Assembly (NCBI GenBank): GCA_964016885.1
Contig: OZ024742.1
Location: forward strand, 142,786,001-142,850,000
Source: Eledone cirrhosa
Lineage: Eukaryota
Length of the DNA: 64,000 nucleotides
Reading direction: 5' to 3'
In this document: piece after piece, positions 36,851 through 51,420 of the stretch
Layout of the letters: every line of letters begins with the position of its first letter
Position numbering within the stretch: the stretch's first letter is position 1
Program-made: the position numbers and the translations under genes
The notes under the pieces: model-generated
Told to the model about the DNA's origin: nothing
The model's input: only the letters and a program-made list of their open reading frames with translations
The model's database searches: none

Positions 36851-37130
36851 TGCCTTCCCATGTGCACAGACTGAAGCAAACATCTAGGGGTCTCTAGTAT
36901 GCACCTCCCACTTCCTATCACTCCACTCTTCACCAGCTAAGTACCCCAACCTACATACATGCACCCCCACTCCACCCCACCTTCCCAATTTGATGCACCC
37001 ATCTTGACCAACCCATGCGTGCAAGCATGGAAAGTTGAACAAACTCTCCCACAAAGCTGTTGAAATGGCTAAAAGCTCTCAGTTCACTCGGAAGGTGGTT
37101 GTGTTGATGACACAGCAAAAGCCCCCTATA

Positions 37131-37505
37131 TGGTTAGAGCATTGGCCTTGCAATCGAAAGGTTGTGTGTTCAATTCTCAGACCGGGTGATGTGTTGTTTC
37201 CTTGAGCAAAACACTTTATTTCACATTGCTCCAGTTTACTCAGCTGTAGAAATGAGATGATAGGGACTGGGGTCCCTATCATTCCACTGCAAAGTGGTCG
37301 TGGAGGTGCCACGGCAAAAAGGCACCCAGCCCACACTGTAAAGTGGACGTGTAGGCACCACGAAAAAAAAGCACCCAGCACTCTCTGTAAATGAGGTTGG
37401 TGTTAGGAAGGGCATCCAGCTGTAGAAATCAAGCAAGAATCAGTTCCCGTCCCACCCTTGCAAGCAGGGAAAAGTGGACGTAAAATGATGATGATGATGA
37501 TGATA
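37131..37505 (+). mobile_element. tRNA-derived SINE with (GAT)n tail
   Basis: tRNA-like head, TTAGGAAGGGCATCCAGCTGTAGAAA core, (GAT)n tail. Confidence 0.85.
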
Positions 37506-37933
37506 TATACACATATTACTCTGTCACATGTTTCAGCTGACAAGCTGAGGCTATGCTGGGGCACCACCATTGACGGCTACACTTACTACAGCCAGCTTTC
37601 CTTGGCTGGCCATCGATGCAAAAGGTGGTTTGTTGCTGTCACCTTTATTTGCGCTTCACCTCATATTGTGGGTTCATCCGGGATCTTGGTCAGCAGGATG
37701 TCAAGATGTCTCTTGAAAACATCTATATACACACCATGTAGATCTCTCAGATTGTTTGGCAGCTTATTAAAAATCTGGGGTCTTACATTTAGAGGCAAGT
37801 TGGGTCGGGTGGGTGACCATCTCTTGCTCATATAGGACTGTTACTGGCTGGTTTTCTACGGCTGGATGCCCTTCCTAGTGCCAACCACATTTACAGTATG
37901 TGCTGAATGTTTTGTGGTACCAATGTAACATAT

Positions 37934-37986
<53 letters not shown>

Positions 37987-38306
37987 TATATCATGATAAA
38001 GGTATATATATATATATATCTGTGTGTATATACATATATCATCATCTTCTCCGTCTTACGTCGATTTTCACACTAGCATGGGTTAGACGGGTTGTCCTGT
38101 TGTGGGCAATGTTAGGTCAGGTGACTATGTCTTGCTCATACAGGATGGATTCTGGCTTGGTTTCTACAGATGGATGCTCTTCCTAACGCCAACCTCATCT
38201 ACAGTGAGTACTGGGTGCTTTTTGTTGTGACGCCTACACGACCACTTTACAGTGTGGGCTGGGGGTGTATGGGAGGGTGGGTTGGGTCATATATATATAT
38301 ATATGT

Positions 38307-38640
38307 ATCATCATCATCATCAATATTTTACGTCCGCTTTTCCCTGCTTGCAAGGGTGGGACAGGAACTGATTCTGGCTTGATTTCTACAGCTGGATGCC
38401 CTTCCTAACACCAACCTCATTTAAAGTGAGTGCTGTGTGCTTTTTTTCCGTGGTGCCTACACATCCACTTTGCAGTGGGATGATAGGGACCCCAGTCCTA
38501 TCATCTCATTTCTACAGCTGAGTAAACTGGAGCAATGTGAAATAAAGTGTCTTGCTCAAGGAAACAACACATCACCCAGTCTGAGAATTGAACTCACAAC
38601 CTTTCGATTGCAAGGCCAATGCTCTAACCACTAAGCCAAT
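38307..38640 (-). mobile_element. tRNA-derived SINE, inverted close relative of 37131-37505
   Basis: Reverse complement aligns over head, core and tail. Confidence 0.85.
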
Positions 38641-41600
38641 ATATATATATATATATATAATTATCATCATCATCATCCTCGTTTAACGTCCACTTTCCAC
38701 GCTTGCATGGGTTAGACGGGAGTTGTCCCACTTGAGGCAAGGTTGGTCGGGTGACCGTGTCTCGCTCATATAGGACTATCTGGCAGGTTTTCTACGGCTG
38801 GATGCCCTTCCTAACACCAACCACATTTACAGTGTGGAACTGGGAACTTTTTACCGTGCTACCTACATGGCCACATTACAGCATGGACTGTGTTTTTTTT
38901 TCTCGTGACACCTACACGATCTCGATCTCATTTATCTCATTTATTTGGATTGGATGTTGTGGTACCAACTTTATAGAGAGGGGGTGGTGTTGGTGGGAGT
39001 GGGAGGATAGGATTGGGGTGTATATTTGGTTAAGAGATGCCTATTGGCTGTAGGTTTCGCTTTGTACATAGGCAAGGCGGGACTTCTGTATATATATATG
39101 GAAGATAGAAGTTAAACGATGATGATGATGATATATAATGTGTGTGTGTATTTATTTATATATATATATATATATATAAAGTATAAATCAAAGTTGTAGC
39201 CACAATATAGCAGATACTAATCGAATTATTCGAGGCAGACACAAAGCACTCACTGAAGCTAAAATTTTTGTCCTTATTAAACACAAAGTTAAGAAAGTGT
39301 GACACCAAGGAAAATGACCAAAAGCAGTGGCCATACTTATACCACAACAACAATAAATAAAAATATGTTGAAGACTAACCTAGACCATCTCGAATCGATT
39401 AGAATCAATAAAAATCTTCGCTAGCTCTGGGGCGCTGCACTACAAGTTGCATAATGCATATGCAAGTCAATGTGCATTTTCACTACATAATGTGTGTGTA
39501 TGTAAAAATTTATCATTAGAGCTCATTTTGCTTTGGGGTGTTTTTTTTATAGAGCTGTTTGTCCATGAAATTGGAACAGAAGCCTATATTTTAGATAAGT
39601 AGGTTGAAGCAGGTGAACAATGTTATTTGTCTATTGATAGAATGCAAATAAATCTTGTTTTAACTTGCCACCTTTAGGCCTGTTATTCAACACCTTAACT
39701 ATCATGATTTTATGGAAAATATCTGAAAACGAGTTAATAATAAACTGTTTATAATAATACCTTTACTTGTGTATTTGCAGTAAAGTAAAAAAAAATTTAA
39801 TTTTCAATGTGATGCAGTCATAGTGCTGGTTTGTATTTATAAAGAATATCTTGTTAATGTGGTTTCATTTGGTACAGTACATTGATTTAACTTGTGTCAC
39901 AATACCTCAACATTACTAAGAGTAAAACAACAATTTTCATTTATTTTAAACTTTTATTATCATATTCCTAATGAAAGATACTGCCTAAGGTTCACAAATA
40001 AGTTTGAAAATAATCAAGAATTTTGGCAGTGGATTGATAGAATCATTAGAACATTGGACAAAATACTTTTGTGTATATATCCCAGCTCTTTATGTTCTAA
40101 GTTCAAATAACACCAAGCTCAACTTTGCCTTTCATCTTTCCAAGGTTAATAAAATAAAGTACCAATCAAGTACTGAGGTTGATTTAACTGTCTTTTCCCT
40201 CACCCTAAAATTGCTGGCCCTGTGCCTAAATGAGAAACCATTATGAAGCTGGTGTTTGAAATATAATTTAAGAAAGTTTCATACATAGAATTATGATGGG
40301 AAGTATTTAGATAAAAATGAACACTTTAGATCAAACAGTTTTGTTTCACAGAACCAGGGACAGTTTCGGACAGTTTGGTATCAAGAGTTAAAGACAATCG
40401 TACATACATACACTATTAGTTAGACATAATAAAAAAAACATCTCTTGTTAAGCTGAGAGTGAAGCTCTAGATAATCGTGTAGTGTTTTAATAGATAGTCA
40501 TGTAGTGTTTTAAAGTATCAAGTGGACTGAATTTTGCTAACTATTAATATGGTTTACAAAAAATATCTTTTTGTATAAAGAGTAGAACTGTATGATGAAT
40601 GTGTTATTGTAAAACTTGTGCATTAAAGACAGCAAGGTTTAATATAACAGTAGGGATACCAAGTGTGGTGTAATCATCATCATCATCATCTCATGTATCT
40701 GCCTTTCCATGTTGGCATGGGTTGAATGAGAATTTGTTTTTAGGTAGTATTCTAAGGCTGGATGCCTTTCCTGATGCCAGTCTTTTTGTTGTTTTTGTTT
40801 TTTTTGTTAAAGTTAGATCTTTGCATGTCAAACCACTTAGCTGCCAAACATAAACAAACGTCACTATCTGTCCAAGTGAAGACACTAGAGACAAACCTAC
40901 TCATACACACACACATGCATATTTAGCGCCCGCTGACCTTTTTTAAACAACAAACAAATGGTTCTGATTAATAACAACGCATATCAGCAGGCAGACGGCA
41001 GAATTCTGTCGCTGCCAAACAACTCCCCCTCCTTGGTCACCTATGAACCCACAATGCATAGCATTGTTGAGTGTGTGGCACGTGCTGTCTCTGAATCAGT
41101 TCTATTCTCTGTTTATGTTTACTGTAATCTAGTAATTGATTACTTAATCTTTGCAATTAACACAATGACATCACCAAATGTCTTGTGTCATGATCTGATT
41201 ATGTAACCAGCCCATAGAAATACGTATTGTGATTTTTGCAATAATAAAATTACAATTTAGTATTGTAAAACCAAGAGCTGTTTAGAATCAAAAAAGTTAA
41301 GTTATTAACAGGCTGATTGAAAGTGGCAGGAGTAGGGCTGAATCATTAAAGCATCAGACAACAAAATGCCTGGCAGTATTTAGTTATGACACTGTTTCTC
41401 AGTTGAAATTCTGCATAGGTCAACTTTGTTTTTTATCCTTCCGAGGAGTGGGAGGCCAATAAAATAAAATATTGGTCCAGGTGGGGGTTGGAGTTGTGAT
41501 ACCATCATTGCCAAATTCCTGGTCTGTTCTTAGGTTGGTTTCGCTTCCGTAGAAACCATTGTTATTGTCTAGTTAGTCCTCCATTATCACATATACACTT

Positions 41601-42909
41601 ATAAAAGATTTTTATTTAAATAACTGGTTGCCTTCAGAAGTGTTGGGAAAATTTAAAACTTGAAACGTAATGTCCCCCAATGCAAATGACTACCATTATA
41701 ATAGTCAATCACTATAAATAATAATTGAGAAAATCAGATAAAACTACCGCTGGATATGTGGAAAAACATGGACAGACACCTGTCAAATTTCAGTTGTTTA
41801 TTTGTTTTTATGATTATATTTTTTAATAACTTTTTATATGGAGTGTAGAATAGGCACACCGTATCCCTGCATATCATTCTAAGCAACTAAAAGGGTTGGT
41901 GTCTGGAAGGGCATCTGGATGTAACACGCTGCTGCAAAAAGTTCTGTCTAACTCATCCCAGCAAGGAAAAGCAAACAGAAAAACGATGATGATTCTAGAC
42001 TGAGTGATTTTGACAATTAATTATTTGTATGTGTATATCTAGTTAAAAATAGGTATACTATACGTTTGTGTGTCATATGAGATGACTAAAAAGATTCTCA
42101 CCAAGAAGCATATCCAACTGTGAAACATTACCTCTAAAAGATATGTAACCTGTCATGAAGCCCACAAGATTAGCCCTGCTTTAGCAGAAAAAATGGCCTT
42201 AAAATGTTTGTGTTGTAGGTATAATTACAATTTTAAATTTCACAAGTCCCAACCGCCGAAAACCCCATTGGAGGCCGTGCCCTGGTCCTTGTAGCTCCCT
42301 TTATTTGTGGCAACTTGTCAACATACACAACAAAAGCACACAACAAATATTTTAAACCTTTCGTGGTTATATTTCTAATGAACTGGTCTCTATTTCAATT
42401 GATTAATGAAGAATTTGGGAAGATTTATTAAAATTATTAATTATTTCATTACTAACATAATAACTTAACATGGTTCTTATATAAAATTATTGTTTCTACT
42501 TTTGGCACAAGGCCAGCAATTATCTAAGTGCATTACTGATTACTGACCCCGTAAGGATGAAAGACAAAGTTAACCTCAGCTGGATTTGAACTCATTATGT
42601 TGGAAGATTTTATTTAAAATACAAACCCTTTAGAATGGGTGGTTTGTTTAGAGAGCATTAGCAGGTTGGTATCAAGAGGATTATGGTCATTTTTCCCGCT
42701 AAATCAAAGGTTAGCCTAGTTAGGCTCCATGATATGGGGTCTATTTTGAGGCAATGTTTTACAGCCAAATGGCCTTTCTAGCACTAACACTTTTAGGAAC
42801 TTCTTACTACATGCAGGAATTCAATGTACTTATTATAAACCAGATACACACACTCAGGTACTTAAATGTATATGACATACAATAGAATGATTAACTCAAC
42901 CTTAATTAA

Positions 42910-43224
<315 letters not shown>

Positions 43225-44026
43225 TAACTTAACAAAGATTCTTACATAGAATTATGATGGAAGATTTTTAGATAAATATAAATACTTTGAAACAAAAACT
43301 GGCTGCTTGCTATCAAAAGGGTTAATTTTTTTAAATTTTACTGTTTAGTCCAGGTAGATTTACAAGATTTTGTTAGAGCATTGAACAAAGTGCCTTACAG
43401 AATTTGTTCTGGCTTTTTGTATTCTGAATTCTAATCCCATTGTGTCCTAATTGAGGGGTAAACATTCTGTTATCTGGTTCCACACTGCCACTTTTGCTAC
43501 TCATGTTTGTATTCAGACCTGTTTGAGGATACCTTCCAGTGTTAGAGACCCTCAAAAGGGCCATGAGTAGACACATATGATCAAAGGCATTCCAGCTGTA
43601 ACTATCCTCTCTTTTTAGGTTATATTATCTCATTATCTAGTTCAAATCCTGCCAAGGTTGACTTTGCCTTTCATCCTTACGGGGTCGATAAAATAAAGTA
43701 CCAGTAATGCACTGGGTAATTGCTGGCCTTGTGCCTAAAGTAGAAACAATTATCTCATTATCTAATTTGTTTTATCCTTATCTATGATTATTGGAGAGAA
43801 TTTGACTGTTGTTTCTAGCAAGCAAGGAACCCCCCCCCCCCACACACACACACACAAAACAGTGCTTACCATGTCATATTTATTCTGCCTGTGTTGCACA
43901 GGCACTCCCGTATCACTCTCACTATTGTTAAATGCTGTGAATGAATGATTGCCCTGTAGCCAATGACACTATTCACTAAATTTTGTTTTAAAAAATGTAA
44001 ATGTAGTCTATTTCAATCAATTAAAG

Positions 44027-44165
44027 GTTGTAAAAGTGAATTTGCCCATTCTAATCGCCAATGCCCAATTCATCCTTATGCATCTTTGGAAAGAGTGTTT
44101 ATGCCAACCAATATCTCCAACCATTCTACCTGTGTGTCTAAAACAGCTAATCACATAGAAACAAG
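44027..44165 (+). CDS. ZNF367: ZNF367 exon 3 (atypical third finger)
   Basis: taaag| ... AG|gtaag; CKSEFAHSNRQCPIHPYASLER resembles ZNF367 FTHANRHCPKHPYARLKR. Confidence 0.92.
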
Positions 44166-45248
44166 GTAAGTTGAAGACTTAATTTCATCTCTGTTTTTCC
44201 ATGCTTTCATGGGTTGGATAGGTTATCATGGTCTAAGACAAGACATGATTGAAGGATCTACGTCTTTCTCATACATTCCATATTTTGGTGAGGTTTCTAT
44301 GGCTGGATGCCTTTCCTAATGCCAATCACCATACAGAATATGCCAGATGCATTTTATCATGGCACCATCACTACCACTTTATGGGTGTTCCGAGTGTGTT
44401 TTATCATGGCACCAGCACTACCACTTTACAGTGTACTGGATGCATTTTATTGTAACATCAGCACTACCATTTTATAGCATGTACAGAATATATATACAGA
44501 AGTTGTCAAGTCTCTAGTAAAACTATAGACTCCTTTCTACCCTATGTTGACTTGGTTCATTCATCAACCACTTTACAGGGGTAATTCGTACATTACATTA
44601 TGTCCCATCCACTGCAGGCTAAATGGGAACTCTCTCCTCTCCATACTGTCTCTGATCTCTCATCACTTTTGTATAATCATTGTGGCGTTGCACTTGTTTA
44701 GTAAATGACCAGGCAGCGGATCAGCAGTGTCGTTAGAGTATTAGATTAAATGCTTTGCGATATTTGTTCTCCGAGTTGGAATTTTGCTGAAGTCATCTTT
44801 GCCTTTCATCCTAAATAAAAGTACCAGAGCTGGAGCAGTGGATTAGTGGAATTGTCAGAGCATCGGATAAAATGATTTGATGTATCTGTTCCAGCTTAGA
44901 ATCTGCACCCTTTTCAACCAGCATAGTTGTTGAGGCTTCATCCAACAGTGAATTGAAAAGCAGCTAGGTATTCCACAGACTTGTGTAGCTTTTATGGCAT
45001 TTTCAGACAAAATCAGCATATGTGACAAGGCTAAGCCTTTGAATTAGCAATACAATCCACCCATTGAACACAGACTGTTTCCACCTATCTAAATTTCACT
45101 CACAAGGCCTCTGGAGCAAGTGTCTTTTACTATAGTAAAATACACTTGTTTCAGAGGCCATGCAATGCAAACTTCTTAACCACTCAACCATGATTGTGTC
45201 TACAGACGGTTAATGACTATTAAGATTGATGTCTTTTTTTTTATCCAG

Positions 45249-45459
45249 AAGGAAAAATAAAAAAATGGACAGCTCAACGCTCTCTACCAGTTTAAACCAT
45301 CAATCATTATCATCGCGGGAAGATTATTGCCTGAACAGTTGCAAAGTTGATGGAAATAGACTTTCAAGGGAACAGACAGACAAATTCATTTCAGCACTGG
45401 CTCTTGTGGAATTGGCCCAAGGTTTCTTGAATCATGATAGTAAGAATACTCACATATAA
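45249..45459 (+). CDS. ZNF367: ZNF367 last coding exon
   Basis: tccag| acceptor (CAGAAG NAGNAG); DKFISALALVELAQG resembles the C-terminal ALALIELA motif; TAA; AATAAA at 45867 and 46143. Confidence 0.88.
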
Positions 45460-46199
45460 TCAACACCAAGAGTCATCTCCAAGAAAATAGGAAACTTTTC
45501 AAATATCACAAACTATAAAAATAATTGTTTTTTCAATACCTAATTGTAAACACAACAAGCATTTTAAGGCCATCTTCCCTGCTAAAGCTGAAGTTAGCCT
45601 TGTGGGCTGCATGTCTAGATGCTTCAGAAGTTTATTTTTGAAGCAATGTTTACAGCCTCTTACAACATGCAGGGATATATGTAACAATTCTAAACTGGAT
45701 ACACACAATAATAATATTTAATATCTATAATTGGAACAAAATCATTTTAAATATGAACTTCATCAAGCAATTATTTTAAAACCACCAAAATGTTATTTTG
45801 TTTCAAAAATTCTTGCATCTTTTTTATTTTCTCACAAAGAAACTAAAAAATTGAAAAAAATGTTTTAATAAATGAAATGTTATGAATTTTAAAATGAAAA
45901 ACTTAATCCGTCCAAAAACAAAAACAGAGAATACATATTTTTCTTAACTATTTATCACACTAGCCAAAGCTTGTCATCAAACATTTACCTCTTGTAACAT
46001 TCCATATTTAAGAAAACTTGTTTATTTCATTCCTATTTTTATTTACTAAAAAATATATTTATACTTGAGTTATTAATTTTTCTATTTTATTATTTGTTTG
46101 TTATTTGCCTTTTAATTTTTACCATCTTGACATATTTATTTCAATAAAATATCTAATTTTGACTTAACTCTTGCTTTAAATCTTACATATATAAACACT

Positions 46200-47510
46200 T
46201 TTACGACTTCAGTAACAGATGACAAAGACCTCAGCATCCTAGAAGGTAACTTCAATGGACATATTGGGCAACACCTGGATAGCTATACTGGAGTACATGA
46301 TGGTTGTGGTTATGGATCAAGAAATCAAGGAGTGAGGCTCCTAGAATTCTGTGTTACAAATAAATTAACCATTTGCAACACTAACTTCAGGAAACCAGCC
46401 AACCACCTGTCCATCTATTAATCAGGCAAACAGATTGACTTCTTGTTAGAAGATGAGGTAGACAGATGGTTATAAATGTTAAAACCTTCCCTGGAGAAGA
46501 ATGCACTGCCCAACATAAGTTAGTTATTAGTGATATCCGAATAAGCACAAGAAATGCAGGAAAATCTGGAAGAGGAGAGTTTGGAAGTTAAAGAACCTTT
46601 CTGTTAAGTTCTGTATTAGCAAGACATGGTCACCTGACTTAGCATTGCCACAACAGGACAACATGTCTAACCCATGCTAGTGTGGAAAATGGACGTAAAA
46701 CGGTGATGAGGATGATGATGGCAGATTCAGGCTCTATATGATGCATATGATGAGAGAGACAAGTAAGATATGTATGACATAGAGGACAACTGGAAGTTCT
46801 TATGTGATAACCTACTACAGATGAGACTTGTGACTGGAACAAAGCACTCGGGATATAGCCATTAAAGCCAAGAGACAGGCATTGAAAGGCTGGAAAAATG
46901 GGGGTAACAGAGACCAGTACTAGATAGCTATGAGAGAAGCTAGACAACAAGTATACATAATGGACAATAAGGCTCAAAGAAGGAGATTCGCCAATGTCTT
47001 GTTTTGTGAAGATCAGAGATGTGAGGTGTTCTGCATTGCAAGGCAATGTGTCAGTGTGAATCAGGATATTGTTGGGGAAAAGTGTATTCGAATTGACACC
47101 TGTGCCCTTAGCATCACTGCTGCTCAAAAGAAAGAGGCCTGGAAATGCTACTGTGAGTTGAGGAAGAGAGATTATCCTTAACAGATGGACTAGCTATTGA
47201 AATTGAGAGTTATAGGGTCAATGAAGTAATGAACGAGATGAAAAATGGTAAAGCCACTGAACCATCAGAGATAGTCACTGAGATGCTGTAGTAAGAGTTG
47301 AACTGGTCACCCACATAGTCCATCAGATAATATAGGACAGACTCATATCTAATGACTAGTTACAAAGGAAAAGGTGATGTTCCAGAAAGGAGCAACTACA
47401 GAGGAATAAAACTAATGGACCAAGTTATGAAAGTGACAGAAAGAGTTCTAGCATAACTAATTAGAGGAAAGAATCAAATTAGATGAGATGCAGTTCAGTT
47501 TTGTGCAATG
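46200..47510 (+). mobile_element. Decayed RTE LINE fragment (EN to start of RT) with an inserted SINE tail near 46610-46720
   Basis: GNFNGH, TFPGEECTAQHKLV, REARQQVY, NYRGIKLMDQVMKV segments. Confidence 0.75.
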
Positions 47511-49077
47511 GTAGGTTTAAATTTGAATATGAACATTTGAAAATTCAAGGTTTTGTATTAAAAAACCAGAGATGATTCCAGGTAGGTTGATGTCAAAAGG
47601 GTTAAGACTACAACAAGGAAAAAAAGTAATTTCAAATGTTAGCATTTGAAACAAGGTAAAAATATGAACACAAGCAAATATATTTACTACTACTTCACTG
47701 TCCAACAGACAACAGCTATAACCATCATGATTGCTTCTGCGTCCATTTTTTTCCATGCTTGTACAAGTTAAATTAGATCCTTTTCTGGCAGGTTTTCTAC
47801 AGCCAAATGTCCTTTTTGATGTCAACCTATACCTTATTCTAAGTATGGCACTTGTCAAACTGCTACACTGCAGGATGGGGGGGGGGGGGGGGGGTTATGG
47901 AGGACATTAACAACTGTCACCATAAGTTCTATAAGTAGTATTAGTATGACATTTGTACGACTAGCATATGCTCACACATATATATGATGGTGTTGATGCC
48001 ATGATAAAATGTATCCAGTACAGTGTGTAAAGCAGTGGTGTTAGGAAGGGCATCCAGCCATAGAAACCACTTTACTCTAGTCTTCACTCCTTTATTTCTA
48101 ACTGGTATTTCACTGGATTTCCCAAAATAACTATGCTATTTTTATTTATAAAAATGTGGTTGGCATTAAGAGAAGCATTCAGCATAGAAAACATGCCAAA
48201 CAAATGGATTTAGGTAGGTAGGAAGACCATCCATCTGTAGAAACCATCCCGGTACGACAATAAAATGCACACAGTGTACTCTGTAACATGGTTGGTGATA
48301 GGCAGAGCATCCAGCTGTAGAAAGTGTGTAAGCAAGATGTAACCTTCAACCCATCTGAGAGGACAGTAACTCCGATTAAGTACTGACTTGGTCTGTAACA
48401 ACCTATCTAACCTATGACATCATAGAAAAATGTACATTAAATTATGATGATAATGATGATGACATGCAACCAGTGGTCCCTCGAGTCATAAAAAAAATTC
48501 TCAGCCTAAAAGAAGTTGTTGAAATAGCATAAGCCAGTTGATAAGGACTGTAAAATATTTCAATGTAATTAACAACAATAGGGAGAATACATTAAAAGCC
48601 GTTTTTTTTTTTAAATCAAATTAAATGTAAAAAAGAATAAAATAATTCTTCATTAAAAACAAACAAACAACACCAGCTGTTAATTACCAATTAATTATAA
48701 ACAATAAATAATCAATGGTATATGTTATTTGGCCTTCTGTCTCTACCACTACCACCATTAACAACAGCAACACCACCATCAATGCCATCAATACCATCCC
48801 AACACCAACACCACCACCAAGTCTGGAATAACAAAATGTCTCAAGCTGGAGGTGTTGCATTATTATATACTACTAGAAGGTAGCAACATGAGGTAAACTA
48901 CTTTGTTATTATGTTCAACATGTTAAGTTATTCCAGACCTTTCAGCTAGCAGAATTAAACTGACACACTCAGAGGTCAACCCAGCAGCAACATATATTAT
49001 ACACCTTCTTTCTCACTAACTAATTAATTGATGTCAATTATACAGTCTATATAACACACTCTCTCCCACAGTCCCCC

Positions 49078-49124
<47 letters not shown>

Positions 49125-50239
49125 CTTACCACCCCTCTCTTTCTCTGTCATTCAGTACAATGCTATTGTGAAGCAGCATCGCTTAGTGGTTAGGGTGATT
49201 GGTACACAATCTCAACCCTTTAGCATTTACATTACTCTGTATTTACTACTGTATTTTCATTGCAAAGGCTTTATCTCACATAATATTGAGTCTATGAGAT
49301 TTTGATATTTATTTTGAGAAAAATACCTTAACATCAGTATGAACGACTGGTTTGAACAAAAAGAGGTGAGAGAATTCTGGCCTGATATGGCCGGTTTAAA
49401 TGCTAAAGAGTTAAAGTCATGAGTTTGATTCCCAAGGCACTGTACATTGTTTCCTGGCATAAGACACTTTCTTTCCTGTTACTGGAGCCCAGTCAACTAG
49501 TAAAAATGAATTGTACCTGCAATTCAAAAAGACAGCCTTGTTATAGTTATACACTATGTCATACTGAATCTCTCTGAAAATGACGTTAAAAGTACATATC
49601 GACTGCCAACTGCATGTTCATTTCATGAACAGTTTGTTCTGTTGTTTGAATAACTGTTAGATTTATTAGATTGTTCTTTCTTATTATATTATTTGGGATT
49701 TAATACTCTTCAATAATAACATAGCCAAAACTACTTCTGATTCTATGAAACAAAGCCACCCATTTAAAAAGAGTTTCTATTTAAATCAAAATCTTACATG
49801 ATTTTATATTAGAAGTCATGTTATAGATACCATCTTAATCATGAAATAATTAATAGCTTTAGTAAACACTTCCAAATTCTCTATTAATTAATTGAAATAC
49901 AGTGTATCTCATTAGAAATATAGTTGTGAAAGGGTTTCAATTGAGTTTTAGCAACATACGGTTTTACATAAGATTATGACAGAAGGTTTTATTTTATATA
50001 TTAATACTTTAAAAACAAAACAAGATTTTGGGTGCTTTAGTACCAAAAGAGTTAAAAAAGAATATGAACATTTAAAATTTTACAATAATTTAGATATTTT
50101 TAACCCTTTCATTACTATATTCCTAAAGAAAGACACTGCCTATGATTTTCAAATAATTTTGAAAATTATCAAGAATTTCAACTGGTATTTGCGTAACATT
50201 ATAATGGAAGGTTTTTAGATGACTATAAACATTTTAAGA

Positions 50240-51420
50240 TGAATAGATTTGTATCATAGAATCAGTGCTGCTTTTAGTTGGTTTGGTGTCATAAGCCTCC
50301 TTTGCTTGGATTGCATCTTTGGCCTCTTGATTGAACCAAGGGATCCTCCTGCCATCCAACACCAGTCCAAGCCTCTTTTTCCCACAGCAATTAAAAGCAG
50401 AAGCAGAAACTGCTGCACTGCACAATTTGCTCAGGAAGTTCTCTGAATTTGGATGCAATAGTATCTGCATATCTGGTCCTGACATCCTTATCCACCAATA
50501 CTTCCCACATTATCCTGTAGGTCGCCCTAAACCTGCCAGTTTTGAGGGCTTCTTTGGCTTTAAGTAGTCTCAAGTTGCAGATAACTAGATGGTGATCAGT
50601 TAACAACTCAGCTCATCTCTTAACATGAACATCTAGCACAGCACCAAAGAGATCACAGACAATAACAGTTTCTGATTTAGGCCAACAATTTTGGGGGAGG
50701 GGGAAGTCGATAAGATCAACCCCAGTGCATTACTGGTACTTTATTTTATTGACCCTATAAGGATGAAAAGCAAAGCTAACCTTGGCAGCATTTGAACACA
50801 GACCAGAGACAATAACAAAATCAATTATTAATCTCTGTCCTTGGTTCCCCTTATATCATTTATATTTATGGATGTCTCTGTACTGGAAGAAGGTGCTTAT
50901 AATAGAGAGTCCATTGCTAGAACAGAAGTCTAGCAAGGCCTCTCCCTTTGTATTTAGATCAGGGTCACCATTCCTCTCCGTGTCAGGTGGTCAGTGCCAA
51001 CATGTCCATTGAAGTCACCCATCAAGATATATGACTCAGTCTTAACTACATCTAATACTTCAGTGACTTCATCAATGATGGATCTGTATTCAGACTCCTG
51101 TTTGATGCATAAACTTGCACCACCCACAGAGACTTATCTTTCAGCCTAAGCTTCAAGAGGCAAATCCTTCCCCCTAATGGGATCCAGTCCATAACATATT
51201 CTGACAGCTGGGGACTTGTGAATATCTCCACTCCCACCTGTGCAGTCATTTCTAGAGTCACACATGAATAGTGGAGTTTCTATCCTCCAACCAAATCTAC
51301 AGTATCAGAGCCACGGAACTTTGTTGTAAACCCTGACTATATCTAGTTGGTAGCATCTAACCTTCTCCACTAGTTCCTTACCTGTGTTCCAATTGTCATG
51401 GCTTGCTCCCTTCCGGACCC
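50240..51420 (-). mobile_element. Decayed LINE (APE endonuclease region), interrupted by a SINE-like repeat
   Basis: LKLRLKDKSLWVVQVYA, GDFNGH, TDHHLVICNL, PWFNQEAKDAI segments. Confidence 0.65.
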
